From IMG/VR virus record IMGVR_UViG_3300034050_000451, positions 186,001 through 250,000 of that record: a stretch of DNA of 64,000 bases, one strand, 5' to 3'. Positions 46,762 to 56,882 of the stretch are shown here, piece by piece. Numbering within the stretch: the stretch's first letter is position 1; the number at the start of each line of letters is the position of its first letter. The position numbers and the translations under genes are program-made. Under the pieces are notes generated by a model. It saw only the letters and a program-made list of their open reading frames with translations. It was not told the origin of the DNA and searched no databases.

Positions 46762-47322
46762 TTAATTATTTTTTTCTAATTCTGACCTTAAGTAGTGTTT
46801 AGCCGCAATCATATCTTCTTTAGCATTAACTATCTTAGCTTGCCACCAATGTGGAAAATCAACTTCTTCACCAGTACTATCAAACTGAGCCAACATCTCA
46901 CCTAATTCTTCAGCATATCTTTCGATAATACTTAAATCAGCTCTTAACATACCCGGTTCATCATCCTGATGACCTAAATCCGTATCTTCGGAAACTACCA
47001 ATTCATCATCTTTACCTAAATCCTTTATGTATCTTTCCTCCATATCATACAAATCGATAAGATTTTTGTGTAGTGCATTTATTTTTTTGGTGATGTCTAA
47101 AATTGGTTTAACCAATGTATTTCTTTTATTTACATCCGTTTCACTATTAACTTTAGCAGCATATGCTCCACCAAATTTTTGTTTTCTTTCTGCAGTTAAT
47201 TTTTCTATTTGTTTCTTAACTGCTTCAATTTTTAGAAATAATTTAGGAATACCCTCACTCATTAATTTTGATGCGGTTCTTTTCCCATAATTCTCTACAA
47301 TGTATTTTTCAACTGATTTCAT
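46762..47322 (-). CDS. putative head-internal protein
   Basis: YIVE, LMSE and VVSE sites; DDEPGM...WWQAKI...HYL module. Confidence 0.55.
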   Translation of the reverse strand: MKSVEKYIVENYGKRTASKLMSEGIPKLFLKIEAVKKQIEKLTAERKQKFGGAYAAKVNSETDVNKRNTLVKPILDITKKINALHKNLIDLYDMEERYIKDLGKDDELVVSEDTDLGHQDDEPGMLRADLSIIERYAEELGEMLAQFDSTGEEVDFPHWWQAKIVNAKEDMIAAKHYLRSELEKNN

Positions 47323-47379
47323 ACTTTAATCCTTTTTATATCATTTACAATAAATATAAAGATATTTTTATTTAACAAT

Positions 47380-47404
47380 AAAAGCCCCCCAATTGGGAGG
47401 CTTT
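47380..47404 (-). terminator. intrinsic terminator
   Basis: AAAGCCTCCC-AATT-GGGGGGCTTTT. Confidence 0.75.
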
Positions 47405-47410
47405 ATGTTA

Positions 47411-47644
47411 TTACTCTTCTCTCTTTCCAGCAAACTTTTGTAATCCATCGATTCCAAATGAACCCAACGTAATTATTACGAATGAATTATAAATGAATTC
47501 TTGAACCATTAAGTCTTTTCCTAAAAATCCAGTTACGATATCAGCTAATGCGAATATTACCATTACTGCGAATGATGCAAATCCTACTACATTTTTTTCG
47601 TTAATTTCGTTACTGTCTTTAAACATGTCTTTGATAAATCCCAT
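47411..47644 (-). CDS. small two-TM protein (holin-like)
   Basis: Two TM segments with short charged ends. Confidence 0.55.
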   Translation of the reverse strand: MGFIKDMFKDSNEINEKNVVGFASFAVMVIFALADIVTGFLGKDLMVQEFIYNSFVIITLGSFGIDGLQKFAGKREE

Positions 47645-47715
47645 AATTTTGTTTCTTAATTAGATTTAATGTAACCAATTCTGAAACGTATTTGGTATAA
47701 ATATCAAATTAATGA

Positions 47716-48600
47716 TTAAGTGATACTTTTTTGTTTTAATCTTTCTACAAATGCCACCAATTCATCTCTACCAATTGCTTCTGCGTTTTTGTAAAATTCA
47801 GATTTTTTGTCAATAGTTTTAATTTTACCATCAAATGATGGAACTCTATTTATATAATCTTCTGTAATGTATAATCCATCTAAAACGTATTGATTCACTA
47901 CATAACCAGCTTCTAATGCTATTCTACCAGCTGTCATACCATAAGTATCTTCGGGTCCATAACCACCAAATGATTCAGGTATTCCAACAAACTGCCAAAA
48001 TGATTTAGAATATAGAGTATGCATACCACATCCAAATTTAATATATGGTAACTTCTTAAGTTGCATATTAGTTGGAGTTTGTGTAAATGCACCTAACATA
48101 GTTTCTTCACTAAATGCTTCGGCATTTTTCATTGAATCACTTACTAAACCATCCCAACTCATATCCCACCACTTTGGAATTGATGGTGAAAGTATATACA
48201 TACCCTCCAATCTTTCTGCTGCTTGTAATTGGTATATTAACTGATGTTCATGCATCACAATATCCGTATCACAAAATATAAATTGGTCAAAGTAATCAAT
48301 TTTAATAGATTCTCTCTTTTGTTGAGTTGTACCCCACATAGATTCATCTAATATAATTTGATTTATATTTTTCAATTCTTTATATTGAAACTGAGCATTG
48401 AAGATATTCATAAAGTAATCTTGCTTTAACTCACTATTTTCCCAATCCGTAAGTTTTGGGTTTAAATTCAAAGTTGCTTTTATAGTAACATCATATTCTC
48501 TACAATACGATAATGCTTTTCTATATTGTTCCATAAACCTTTGAAACATTTCTATTTCAGATGGCATTATATGGATACATACTAATGTCTTTTTTTTCAT
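47716..48600 (-). CDS. GT-A fold glycosyltransferase
   Basis: IFCDTD and FGGYGPED motifs. Confidence 0.7.
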   Translation of the reverse strand: MKKKTLVCIHIMPSEIEMFQRFMEQYRKALSYCREYDVTIKATLNLNPKLTDWENSELKQDYFMNIFNAQFQYKELKNINQIILDESMWGTTQQKRESIKIDYFDQFIFCDTDIVMHEHQLIYQLQAAERLEGMYILSPSIPKWWDMSWDGLVSDSMKNAEAFSEETMLGAFTQTPTNMQLKKLPYIKFGCGMHTLYSKSFWQFVGIPESFGGYGPEDTYGMTAGRIALEAGYVVNQYVLDGLYITEDYINRVPSFDGKIKTIDKKSEFYKNAEAIGRDELVAFVERLKQKSIT

Positions 48601-49838
48601 TAAAATACGTTTTTAAAGTGAGGTTTAATCATGTCAATTGTATTTAAAGATAAAATACTTATTTCAAATATATCCCAATTGAATGTACCCAATTGCCCAG
48701 TTTGTTCAATAATAAATGGTAATTTTTTAATAAATTCAGTAAAATGTTGATTAGTTAATTTACTAGCATCAAATTTAATGTGTACATTATTTTTAACATC
48801 ATTACCAATTGAATGAACTTTATCGGATATTATATATTCCGATTTAGAATCTTCATTCATAATATATGAGTTAAATTCACAATCTACATAGATATCATCA
48901 CACCAGGGTTCTAATATTGAAAGTAGTTGTGGTCTACAATTTTCAATTATAAATGATGTTGAATATCTTTTAGGAACTATTGGCATCATATTATCATCAT
49001 GTAAAACATCAGTATGCCACTTTCTCCACCACTCTCTAAATTTGGTTGCTCTTAGTTGTAAATATTCTTCAGAGTCTTTTGGTTTGAACCATATTGTACC
49101 ATCTGGTAGTGGTATCTCTTTTTCTATTTCGATACCATCTTTAAATCTACTACCTCTACAAGTCATATGATATACAAATGCATCTCTACTCTGAATTAAT
49201 TGGTACCCATTCAAATGGAACCTATTAAATATATCAGAATCTTCCAACTCCATAGGTGCAAATAATTTATCATGCCCACCAATAGATACAAAATCTTCTT
49301 TATATAACATCCAAGGTGCAAAGATACCATTAGTAACTTTACCCTCATTTAGATACTCAGCTTCATATACAAATTTTAAGAAATTGGATTTGGCATCAGT
49401 AAACTCATCCACATCCATTCCAAAATTCTTAACATATTTTTCAGGACCAGGTGGATGCAATGGTGGTTCGATTCTAGTGGCTGAAACTACACTCATTGGT
49501 TTAAGGTGTTTCAACATATTCCCAACATAGTTTGGTGTTACAATCATATCTGAATGTAATATTGTTACGATTGGTGTTCTAGCTAATTGAATACCTATAT
49601 CGTATAAAACAGTATGCCCAACTCTATCTTTTCCACCATTTCTATAAGTTAAAATATGATTCTTATCCGAACCATATTTTTCAATCCATTCCCAACTATC
49701 ATCAGTTGATGCATCATCCATTATCACAATATCATGCCCATCACCATAATGTTCTTCAATTGATGAAACGGCTTGTTGTAAAAATCTTAAATTATTCCTA
49801 CAAGGTATAATAAAGGTAACTCTTTGATAATTTGTCAT
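48600..49838 (-). CDS. GT2 glycosyltransferase
   Basis: FIIPCRN, DDASTD, HSDM, EDSD and FVYH motifs. Confidence 0.9.
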   Translation of the reverse strand: MTNYQRVTFIIPCRNNLRFLQQAVSSIEEHYGDGHDIVIMDDASTDDSWEWIEKYGSDKNHILTYRNGGKDRVGHTVLYDIGIQLARTPIVTILHSDMIVTPNYVGNMLKHLKPMSVVSATRIEPPLHPPGPEKYVKNFGMDVDEFTDAKSNFLKFVYEAEYLNEGKVTNGIFAPWMLYKEDFVSIGGHDKLFAPMELEDSDIFNRFHLNGYQLIQSRDAFVYHMTCRGSRFKDGIEIEKEIPLPDGTIWFKPKDSEEYLQLRATKFREWWRKWHTDVLHDDNMMPIVPKRYSTSFIIENCRPQLLSILEPWCDDIYVDCEFNSYIMNEDSKSEYIISDKVHSIGNDVKNNVHIKFDASKLTNQHFTEFIKKLPFIIEQTGQLGTFNWDIFEISILSLNTIDMIKPHFKNVF

Positions 49839-49848
49839 TATTATTTTT

Positions 49849-50676
49849 TTATTTATCTATATATCCAGCATTATCCGAATGTACTATTAATTTTATATTA
49901 TCATACTTTTTATGGTTTACACCATTTACAGACCAATACGATTGAAATTCATTACTAACAATATCCTTTTGTTCTTGTGTTAATCTAAAATCCTCAACTG
50001 CTGAAATTTCGGATTTAAATGGTAATTCAATATGTTTGATTTTAAAATTTTTAAAACAAACTAACCATATTATATAAACCAAATAATCAAATGCATAATA
50101 TTCTGATTGTAATGTATTTAAATTTTCAGATGATTTATACCAATCATAGAAATCTATAAACAATTCTTTTTTATAAACAGGTATTTCACTAAACCACCAA
50201 TATAGAGAATAATTTTTAGTTTGATTTATTAATATTTCATTAGTATCCAATCCCATATATCCTGCTGCTAACTTTATTATATTACCTCCAATTTCAGATT
50301 CGTTAGCCTTTACATAATCATATGATGCAATATTTTCATATATGGTATCTAAGTTACAATTTTTAACAAATTCAGATTCACAATCATATACACCAACATA
50401 ATCATAATCGTTAATTATAGATTGTAATGCAAACATTTTTTTAACATTAACAATACTTTTTTTATCTCTCAATGATTCATCCAATATTAATGGTTTATAA
50501 TTATCCATATATTTGTATTCGGATTTCCAATTAAAATCAAACATTTCATTTTCATTTGTAAAAATAAAATATAAGTCATGTGGTTTCTCTACATATTTTA
50601 TATAGGATTCCAATAAATTAAATGCATGATGAAATTTAGGATTATGAGTTGTTATTATAGTAGCTGTTTTAATCAT
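49849..50676 (-). CDS. putative glycosyltransferase
   Basis: KK...YDYVGVYDCE pattern; cluster context. Confidence 0.55.
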   Translation of the reverse strand: MIKTATIITTHNPKFHHAFNLLESYIKYVEKPHDLYFIFTNENEMFDFNWKSEYKYMDNYKPLILDESLRDKKSIVNVKKMFALQSIINDYDYVGVYDCESEFVKNCNLDTIYENIASYDYVKANESEIGGNIIKLAAGYMGLDTNEILINQTKNYSLYWWFSEIPVYKKELFIDFYDWYKSSENLNTLQSEYYAFDYLVYIIWLVCFKNFKIKHIELPFKSEISAVEDFRLTQEQKDIVSNEFQSYWSVNGVNHKKYDNIKLIVHSDNAGYIDK

Positions 50677-52036
50677 TTTTATAATTTTCTAAATAATATT
50701 TTAAATCCTCAGGGGTTCCCAATCCCCACATTTTAGGTACATCGAATGTTCTAACCTTTAATCCAGCTTTAATTGCGTTGTTATAAACAGGACAAACATA
50801 GAATTCTCCATTCACTCTAATATCTTGCTCAATCATCTCTTCAGCGTATTTCACAAAATCCGAACCATGTTTCCAATAATAAAAACCAATTGTTGCCAAA
50901 TCAGATATTGGGTTTTTCTCTTGTACTTCGGTTACAAATCCATCATCATCTAACTTAGCAAAACTCCATTTTGGGTGAGTTGCTTTAAATGTTGGTATTC
51001 CACCATCACAATCGTTCTCATTCATTTTGTAAAAGAATTCGTTTGAATCCCATTCTACAAATTGGTCTGAATTTGCAAAGAAAAGTGGTGCCTCTGAATC
51101 AATAAATTCTTTAGCCAATAATGCCGTACAAGCAGCTCCTTCGGTTAATGTATCTACTTCTACTACTTTACAACCAGGTGTAATTAAATTTAGTAAGGTA
51201 TCTAAGTTATATTGCTCTCTATGTGCTTTCTGAACTACATATATGTAATTTGCATCTATGTTCAAATTTTCTACCACAACTTGAATCATTGGTTTACCCT
51301 CTACATCAATTAGTGGTTTTGGGAATGTATAACCAGCAGTTTGGAATCTACTTCCAGCACCAGCCATTGGAATTAATACATTCAACTTTTTATCTACCCA
51401 TTTAGGTGTTGTTTCTATTTTACCCATTTGTATTTCAGTTAATTTTTTAAATATGTTCGTATAGGTTACTTCTTGTGGATTTCTAACTCTCAAAATATGA
51501 GATTTGGAACGAGATGCCGCAAGTAACCCATAAGGTGAATCCTCTACAATTAGAGTTTCTTCTGGTAAACAACTCATCATTGAAATTGCTTTCCAATACA
51601 TCTCAGGGTGTGGTTTAGAATTCTTAACATCTTCATTTGAGATAATTAAATCCATAAACTCCATTATTCCCAATTTTGAAAGTACAGTCAAAACTGTCTT
51701 TCTGATTGAATTAGAACAAACTGCTAATTTGTATCCATCTTCAGAAAGTGCATTCATTACCGATTGTAGAGTTTGATTTGGTTTCAACTCTTTTAACATC
51801 TGTAATGTGTACTTTTGTTTTTTATCCCATACTTGTTTATGTAATTCAGTTGGTAATCCCTTTTGTTCACTCAACATATTCAACTTTTGGTTTGTTTTCA
51901 AACCATCATAAGTTGAAAGGTGTTCAGCCCAACTTATTTCATATTCAGGTCCTAATGCATTATTTAGTGCATCAAAGTGGATATTCTTAGCTTCTACTAA
52001 AACTCCATCTAAATCAAATACTATTAATTTTATCAT
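50669..52036 (-). CDS. HAD phosphatase fused to sugar-phosphate nucleotidyltransferase
   Basis: FDLDGVL, KPHPE and EDS; then IPMAGAGSRF, PKPLI and LGTPEDL. Confidence 0.9.
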   Translation of the reverse strand: MIKLIVFDLDGVLVEAKNIHFDALNNALGPEYEISWAEHLSTYDGLKTNQKLNMLSEQKGLPTELHKQVWDKKQKYTLQMLKELKPNQTLQSVMNALSEDGYKLAVCSNSIRKTVLTVLSKLGIMEFMDLIISNEDVKNSKPHPEMYWKAISMMSCLPEETLIVEDSPYGLLAASRSKSHILRVRNPQEVTYTNIFKKLTEIQMGKIETTPKWVDKKLNVLIPMAGAGSRFQTAGYTFPKPLIDVEGKPMIQVVVENLNIDANYIYVVQKAHREQYNLDTLLNLITPGCKVVEVDTLTEGAACTALLAKEFIDSEAPLFFANSDQFVEWDSNEFFYKMNENDCDGGIPTFKATHPKWSFAKLDDDGFVTEVQEKNPISDLATIGFYYWKHGSDFVKYAEEMIEQDIRVNGEFYVCPVYNNAIKAGLKVRTFDVPKMWGLGTPEDLKYYLENYKND

Positions 52037-52731
52037 ACTATTCCTCTTTCAAATGGCATTACACCATATTCATTAAACATTTTATCCAATTCTTTTTGGT
52101 ATTCACTCATATTCCATTTTCCTTTATTAATAGCAGTTGCTATATAAGGGAAAACAATACTATCATAGTGATACATACCTCTTTTTTTCTCACTACCAAC
52201 TCGTATCATAAAATCCCGACCATATGAAATAATAGCTTCTTCAAATTGCCAAATATTTAACGAACCAATAGTATTAACTAAATTTTGAAATATTTCCTTT
52301 TTAACTAGTGTTGGTTGGATTGAAAACTTTGCGTATTGATTGGTAACTAATGTACTATCTATGGTTGATGGAAGAAATGAATCACCTGCTAATATCATTT
52401 TAATACTCTCAACTACTCCACTTTTAACATAACCATAATACTTTTCTAATAATTCAAAATTAGGTGTATCGAATAATATCATATCCTCATGCAAAAACAT
52501 AATAACATCTTCCTCAATTTGTGGAAGTATTTGTCTCCAGCGCTCTGTATATGATTTTGAATCATCATATACCAATTGGATATAATCCGATGGTATTTGC
52601 GTATCTATTTGATTAACAGCCACATACACTTTATAACCATTGATATATTTTTTGAATTGTCCAAAAAACATTGGCCATACATCCTTCATATCGGTGTGAG
52701 TGTACACTACTATTGGTAATTCTATTCCCAT
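52033..52731 (-). CDS. putative glycosyltransferase
   Basis: FLHEDM, QPTL, WQFE and KGKW motifs. Confidence 0.6.
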   Translation of the reverse strand: MGIELPIVVYTHTDMKDVWPMFFGQFKKYINGYKVYVAVNQIDTQIPSDYIQLVYDDSKSYTERWRQILPQIEEDVIMFLHEDMILFDTPNFELLEKYYGYVKSGVVESIKMILAGDSFLPSTIDSTLVTNQYAKFSIQPTLVKKEIFQNLVNTIGSLNIWQFEEAIISYGRDFMIRVGSEKKRGMYHYDSIVFPYIATAINKGKWNMSEYQKELDKMFNEYGVMPFERGIV

Positions 52732-53447
52732 ATTGTTTGTAAATTTATTCTATTTTCCCAAAGTCCATTTTGTATCATCCACCATTTATAAAATGCTATG
52801 GAATTTGAAAGGTCACCAGGGTTTCCTTCTATCTGAGCTGCAAATGTGTGAAATGGACTTCTAAATTCCATTTGCTCCTCTAATGAATTATATAATGATG
52901 TAAATGGTTTCATAGTTTCCATTGTACCATAAAACCACATATCCGCTGGTCCCATTTTGAAATGATTCCAATCTGCCATATATATTTTATCAGATTCGAT
53001 TTCAGTTTGAAAATTAATACATTGAACTGGGTATGGGTTACCTCTACCTGGTCCAGATGTATCTCTATTTATTCTACCCAAATCAAAACGAGCTTTAATA
53101 ATGATATCATATTCTGAATTAGTTATATATGGTAACTTCATTGATTCAGTTACACTATAAAGATGGGATAATACACTTTGAGGTGAACGTGGTGTTCCAC
53201 TCAAATTATTTAAACCTCTACCATTTACCAATTCATTAAAATCTTTTGGGGCTTCAAATATGGCTGACGTTGGATTATATAACTTAGTGATTTCACTCTC
53301 TTTTTCAATATCCCAACTATGGATAAACACATCAGTATCAGTAATATCTAAAATGTGTTTTTTAATATGGTTGTATCCATCATAACCATTGGAACTACCA
53401 TCAGTTGTTGAATCAAATAAACCATGTAAACATAGTGCTATTTTCAT
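52722..53447 (-). CDS. putative glycosyltransferase (paralog of the C-terminal domain of 32860-34353)
   Basis: MKIALCLHG, VFIHSW and YDIIIKARFD motifs. Confidence 0.65.
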   Translation of the reverse strand: MKIALCLHGLFDSTTDGSSNGYDGYNHIKKHILDITDTDVFIHSWDIEKESEITKLYNPTSAIFEAPKDFNELVNGRGLNNLSGTPRSPQSVLSHLYSVTESMKLPYITNSEYDIIIKARFDLGRINRDTSGPGRGNPYPVQCINFQTEIESDKIYMADWNHFKMGPADMWFYGTMETMKPFTSLYNSLEEQMEFRSPFHTFAAQIEGNPGDLSNSIAFYKWWMIQNGLWENRINLQTIWE

Positions 53448-53448
53448 A

Positions 53449-54114
53449 CTATTTTCTTTTCCACATTTTTATAAAATGAGAACTAACACCATCACCAACA
53501 GAATATATTTCAGTATGAGTATTACCAATCCATCCAAATAATTTTGATTGATTTTCTTTACCAATAAAATTATGGAATTCTCCAGTTATGTAATTTACTT
53601 TTGATAAATCCTTTTGGTACAATACATCCACTTCAGCACCTTCTATATCAATTTTCAACAAACCAATAGTACCAACCATTTCTAAAATGGTTTCTAAACT
53701 AATAGTTTCAACCTCTTCATATTCATCACCCCTAAATCCATGTTTGTTATGTTCATTTACAAAACCTGTTATTGAAAAGTTTCCAGAATTAGTATCATCA
53801 TCATTGTTACCCATATATTTTTTTAACTTTACAATTTCACCATCTTTAGATGATACTGCTTTGTGTAAAATTTGATGAGAATGTCTACTTTTATATTGTT
53901 CAACATTATATGAGGCTGCATCAATTGCTAAGATATTATGAAAGCGATAATTCCATGCTTCACTAAAACCACCAACATTACATCCCATATCAACGAGTTT
54001 TTCCGATGCATCTATGTCAACTAAATGAATTGGATATTCATCCCTACATTCTTTTGTTATTTGATTAAACCAATTTGATGGTTGATTTTTACTAATTAAT
54101 TTTTCTACTTTCAT
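53449..54114 (-). CDS. FkbM-family methyltransferase
   Basis: VDMGCNVG, LLKIDIEGAE and EFH motifs. Confidence 0.85.
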   Translation of the reverse strand: MKVEKLISKNQPSNWFNQITKECRDEYPIHLVDIDASEKLVDMGCNVGGFSEAWNYRFHNILAIDAASYNVEQYKSRHSHQILHKAVSSKDGEIVKLKKYMGNNDDDTNSGNFSITGFVNEHNKHGFRGDEYEEVETISLETILEMVGTIGLLKIDIEGAEVDVLYQKDLSKVNYITGEFHNFIGKENQSKLFGWIGNTHTEIYSVGDGVSSHFIKMWKRK

Positions 54115-54740
54115 TATTCTATAACTTTATTGCTTTTGAAAACAGTAAATTCGGTTAAATCTCTATAACCATTATCTTCACCTAAATCACTCATATGTTC
54201 TGGATAGTTTTGAAACATAGCCAAACCTTGAGCTGCTTGTTGTGGAGTCATATACATATTCCAACCATGGAATGTAATATCATCCTCTTTGTAATATTTT
54301 TCACTTCTACCTTCATAACGAGCTTTTTTAAACCAATCAGCCGCATCAGCATTATCGGTTAGAATCATACCACCTTTCCAAATTGGAAGTAACTTTTTAA
54401 TGTGGAATGATAACCCCATATAAGTTCCGGGTATGTACATACCGCTTGTTAATCGTTTTGCGGCATCGTAGATAGGATATGGTTTGAATTGGTATAAACC
54501 CTTCCAATGGTTTGTTTCTGCTCTCTTATCGAAGATAACTGTACCACCAGCATGTATAATCGATTGAGGTACTGATAGATACGTTTTTGATGGGATTGTA
54601 ACTTCCTTCACCTCATTGTATTTACAAATAAGGAATAATGCGTTTGTACAACTATCAATTGAGATAGCGTAAGGAGCGCCGGTATAATTAGCGATTTCCT
54701 CTTCAAACATTCTTACAATTTTGTATGGATTGTGTAACAT
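54114..54740 (-). CDS. DegT/DnrJ/EryC1/StrS PLP aminotransferase (short form)
   Basis: FEEEIA, SCTNAL, DAA and SFHIKK..GGMILTD motifs. Confidence 0.85.
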   Translation of the reverse strand: MLHNPYKIVRMFEEEIANYTGAPYAISIDSCTNALFLICKYNEVKEVTIPSKTYLSVPQSIIHAGGTVIFDKRAETNHWKGLYQFKPYPIYDAAKRLTSGMYIPGTYMGLSFHIKKLLPIWKGGMILTDNADAADWFKKARYEGRSEKYYKEDDITFHGWNMYMTPQQAAQGLAMFQNYPEHMSDLGEDNGYRDLTEFTVFKSNKVIE

Positions 54741-54743
54741 AAT

Positions 54744-55169
54744 TTAATCTTTAGTTAATATATAATATTTTTTTGTAAATCCACAAGCTTCGAATAATTT
54801 CATACTTGCTTCATTATCTATTTTTACTTTTGCAAATGCGGTAGGCCATGTAACCATACATTGGTTTATCATAAACTTACCAACTCCCAAACCTTGAAAA
54901 TCAGGATGTGTACATACTCTGATATCATCTTCAATAACACCAACGTATCCAGCAGGTTTACCATTAACCAATGCTATACGATAAAACTGAGAATGTGTTT
55001 TCATATATGAATTCTGCATTTCTTCAGTAATATGAGTTGATTTGATAAATCCACTCAATACTCTTTTATCATTTCTAAGAACTCTTACAAATTCCCAATA
55101 TCCGCTTGTACATTCTACTAATTCCATATGCAAATCTTTTGAATATCTTGTGTGTTTTGGTAATTCCAA
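54744..55169 (-). CDS. GNAT N-acetyltransferase
   Basis: HPDFQGLGVG and NEASMKLFEACGF motifs. Confidence 0.85.
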   Translation of the reverse strand: MELPKHTRYSKDLHMELVECTSGYWEFVRVLRNDKRVLSGFIKSTHITEEMQNSYMKTHSQFYRIALVNGKPAGYVGVIEDDIRVCTHPDFQGLGVGKFMINQCMVTWPTAFAKVKIDNEASMKLFEACGFTKKYYILTKD

Positions 55170-55894
55170 AATGATTGTAAATACCCTCTATGAGTTGGCA
55201 TATCCATCATTGGTGTTAAACAAGTCCCAATATCAACATAAGTGTTATCAGGGTAATCTCTAAACAACTCCACAATTGCCAAATTGGTAAAAGTAGAAGC
55301 CGAAAAAAGGAATATGTGGTTTTTAACATTATTTGTTCTAATCCACTCTTTAATATTTTCAATTTTTCCATAATCATTAATCATTGCGTTATAACCCACT
55401 CTAAAGTCTTTCACAAAAAATGGTAATCTATTTAAGTTAGCATCCTCATGTCCAATAAACACACAATCTCTACTATAAAAAATTGGTAGAATATGTGTTA
55501 TGAATATAGGATAGTTTCCGTTTACCCAAAGATTAGCCCAAGTTAGTGATTCATCATCACCACCAGCTAAATCAACCTGCCAATCAAATGCTTCCTTACC
55601 TACACAACAACTACAACTAATTCCTTTGTAATAATTGTGTTGTTTGTATTGAAGTGATTCAACTAACTTCTGTTGATAAAATGAATGTTCTTTTGGGTCA
55701 AAGTGTTTGAAATCAGGTGACTGATAAACACCACCTTGCTTTTCATTTCCAATCTGAATTAGCCCATTATCTAATACTAATTCTTTATTTTGTAAGATAT
55801 ACATTTCACCATCTGAATAACGTGAAAATGCGAAGTTTTCTTTATTATCCAATTTGGATTTAAATTTAAAAAAGTGTTCTCTAAAATTTTTCAT
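55118..55894 (-). CDS. GT-D-fold-like glycosyltransferase
   Basis: FAFSRYSDGE and DIGT motifs. Confidence 0.6.
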   Translation of the reverse strand: MKNFREHFFKFKSKLDNKENFAFSRYSDGEMYILQNKELVLDNGLIQIGNEKQGGVYQSPDFKHFDPKEHSFYQQKLVESLQYKQHNYYKGISCSCCVGKEAFDWQVDLAGGDDESLTWANLWVNGNYPIFITHILPIFYSRDCVFIGHEDANLNRLPFFVKDFRVGYNAMINDYGKIENIKEWIRTNNVKNHIFLFSASTFTNLAIVELFRDYPDNTYVDIGTCLTPMMDMPTHRGYLQSFWNYQNTQDIQKICIWN

Positions 55895-56882
55895 CTCTTA
55901 ATATATTTAAAACTTTAATAGCAGTATCACCATCACCATATGGACAATTTTCACTAATATACGGATTATTATTAACTTTTCCAAATAATTTTTTTAAATC
56001 ATTTGGATTTTTACATAAATGTAAATGACCTGTATATAATCCTTCAGGTCTTTCGGTTGTAGTTCTACATACAATTACTTGCTTATTAAAAAATGAGCCC
56101 TCTTCTTGTAATCCACCACTATCCGAAATAATGAATCTACATTTCTTAATATGTAAAATCATATCAGTATGTTCCATTGGTTCAACCACATTAACACTGG
56201 TTAATAGATGTTTCCATTTTTGAACATTTGGATTTGGATGAATTGGTAAAATAAATTCCAAATCAGGATTAGCTATTGCTAAATCATTAAGTTCTGTAAA
56301 CCACTTATCCATCCAATAATGATTTTCTCTACGATGTAAAGTAATCAGTACAAAGTTTTCATAAGTTGGGTCACCAAAATCTACCAAATTATCCAATACA
56401 GAGTTTCCAACTACATGAATTTTACCATGTACTTTTTCTTTTATTAGATTATTAGCCGATAATTGAGTTGGTGCAAGATTCACATCTGCTATTCTTGCTA
56501 TCATTTGTCTATATCCCTCTTCAGGGTATGGGTGTTGTAAATCACCACTTCTTAACCCAGCTTCCAAATAGTAAATCTTTAACTGTCTATTGAATGCTGC
56601 TAATGCACAGCCAAATGCTGAACCAGTATCACCTTGAACTAATACTGAACTGAATTCCCCATTAGGGAATTGTAACATACAATCTGATATAATTGAATCC
56701 AATCTATTATCAGAATTGTTTATATTAATTTTATAATCTACTTTAACATTTTGAAGTAAATCAGGGTGTTGACCTGTAAATAGAAGTTTATATTCACTTC
56801 TATCCATAATCTTAATCAATGGTTTAATTTTTAACCATTCGGGTCTTGTCCCAAAACAGAGTAATATTGTATTATTTTTCAT
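55881..56882 (-). CDS. wecB: UDP-N-acetylglucosamine 2-epimerase
   Basis: FGTRPE, QGDT, EAGLRS, PEE, TLHRREN, DSGGLQEE and ERPE motifs. Confidence 0.93.
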   Translation of the reverse strand: MKNNTILLCFGTRPEWLKIKPLIKIMDRSEYKLLFTGQHPDLLQNVKVDYKININNSDNRLDSIISDCMLQFPNGEFSSVLVQGDTGSAFGCALAAFNRQLKIYYLEAGLRSGDLQHPYPEEGYRQMIARIADVNLAPTQLSANNLIKEKVHGKIHVVGNSVLDNLVDFGDPTYENFVLITLHRRENHYWMDKWFTELNDLAIANPDLEFILPIHPNPNVQKWKHLLTSVNVVEPMEHTDMILHIKKCRFIISDSGGLQEEGSFFNKQVIVCRTTTERPEGLYTGHLHLCKNPNDLKKLFGKVNNNPYISENCPYGDGDTAIKVLNILRDEKF

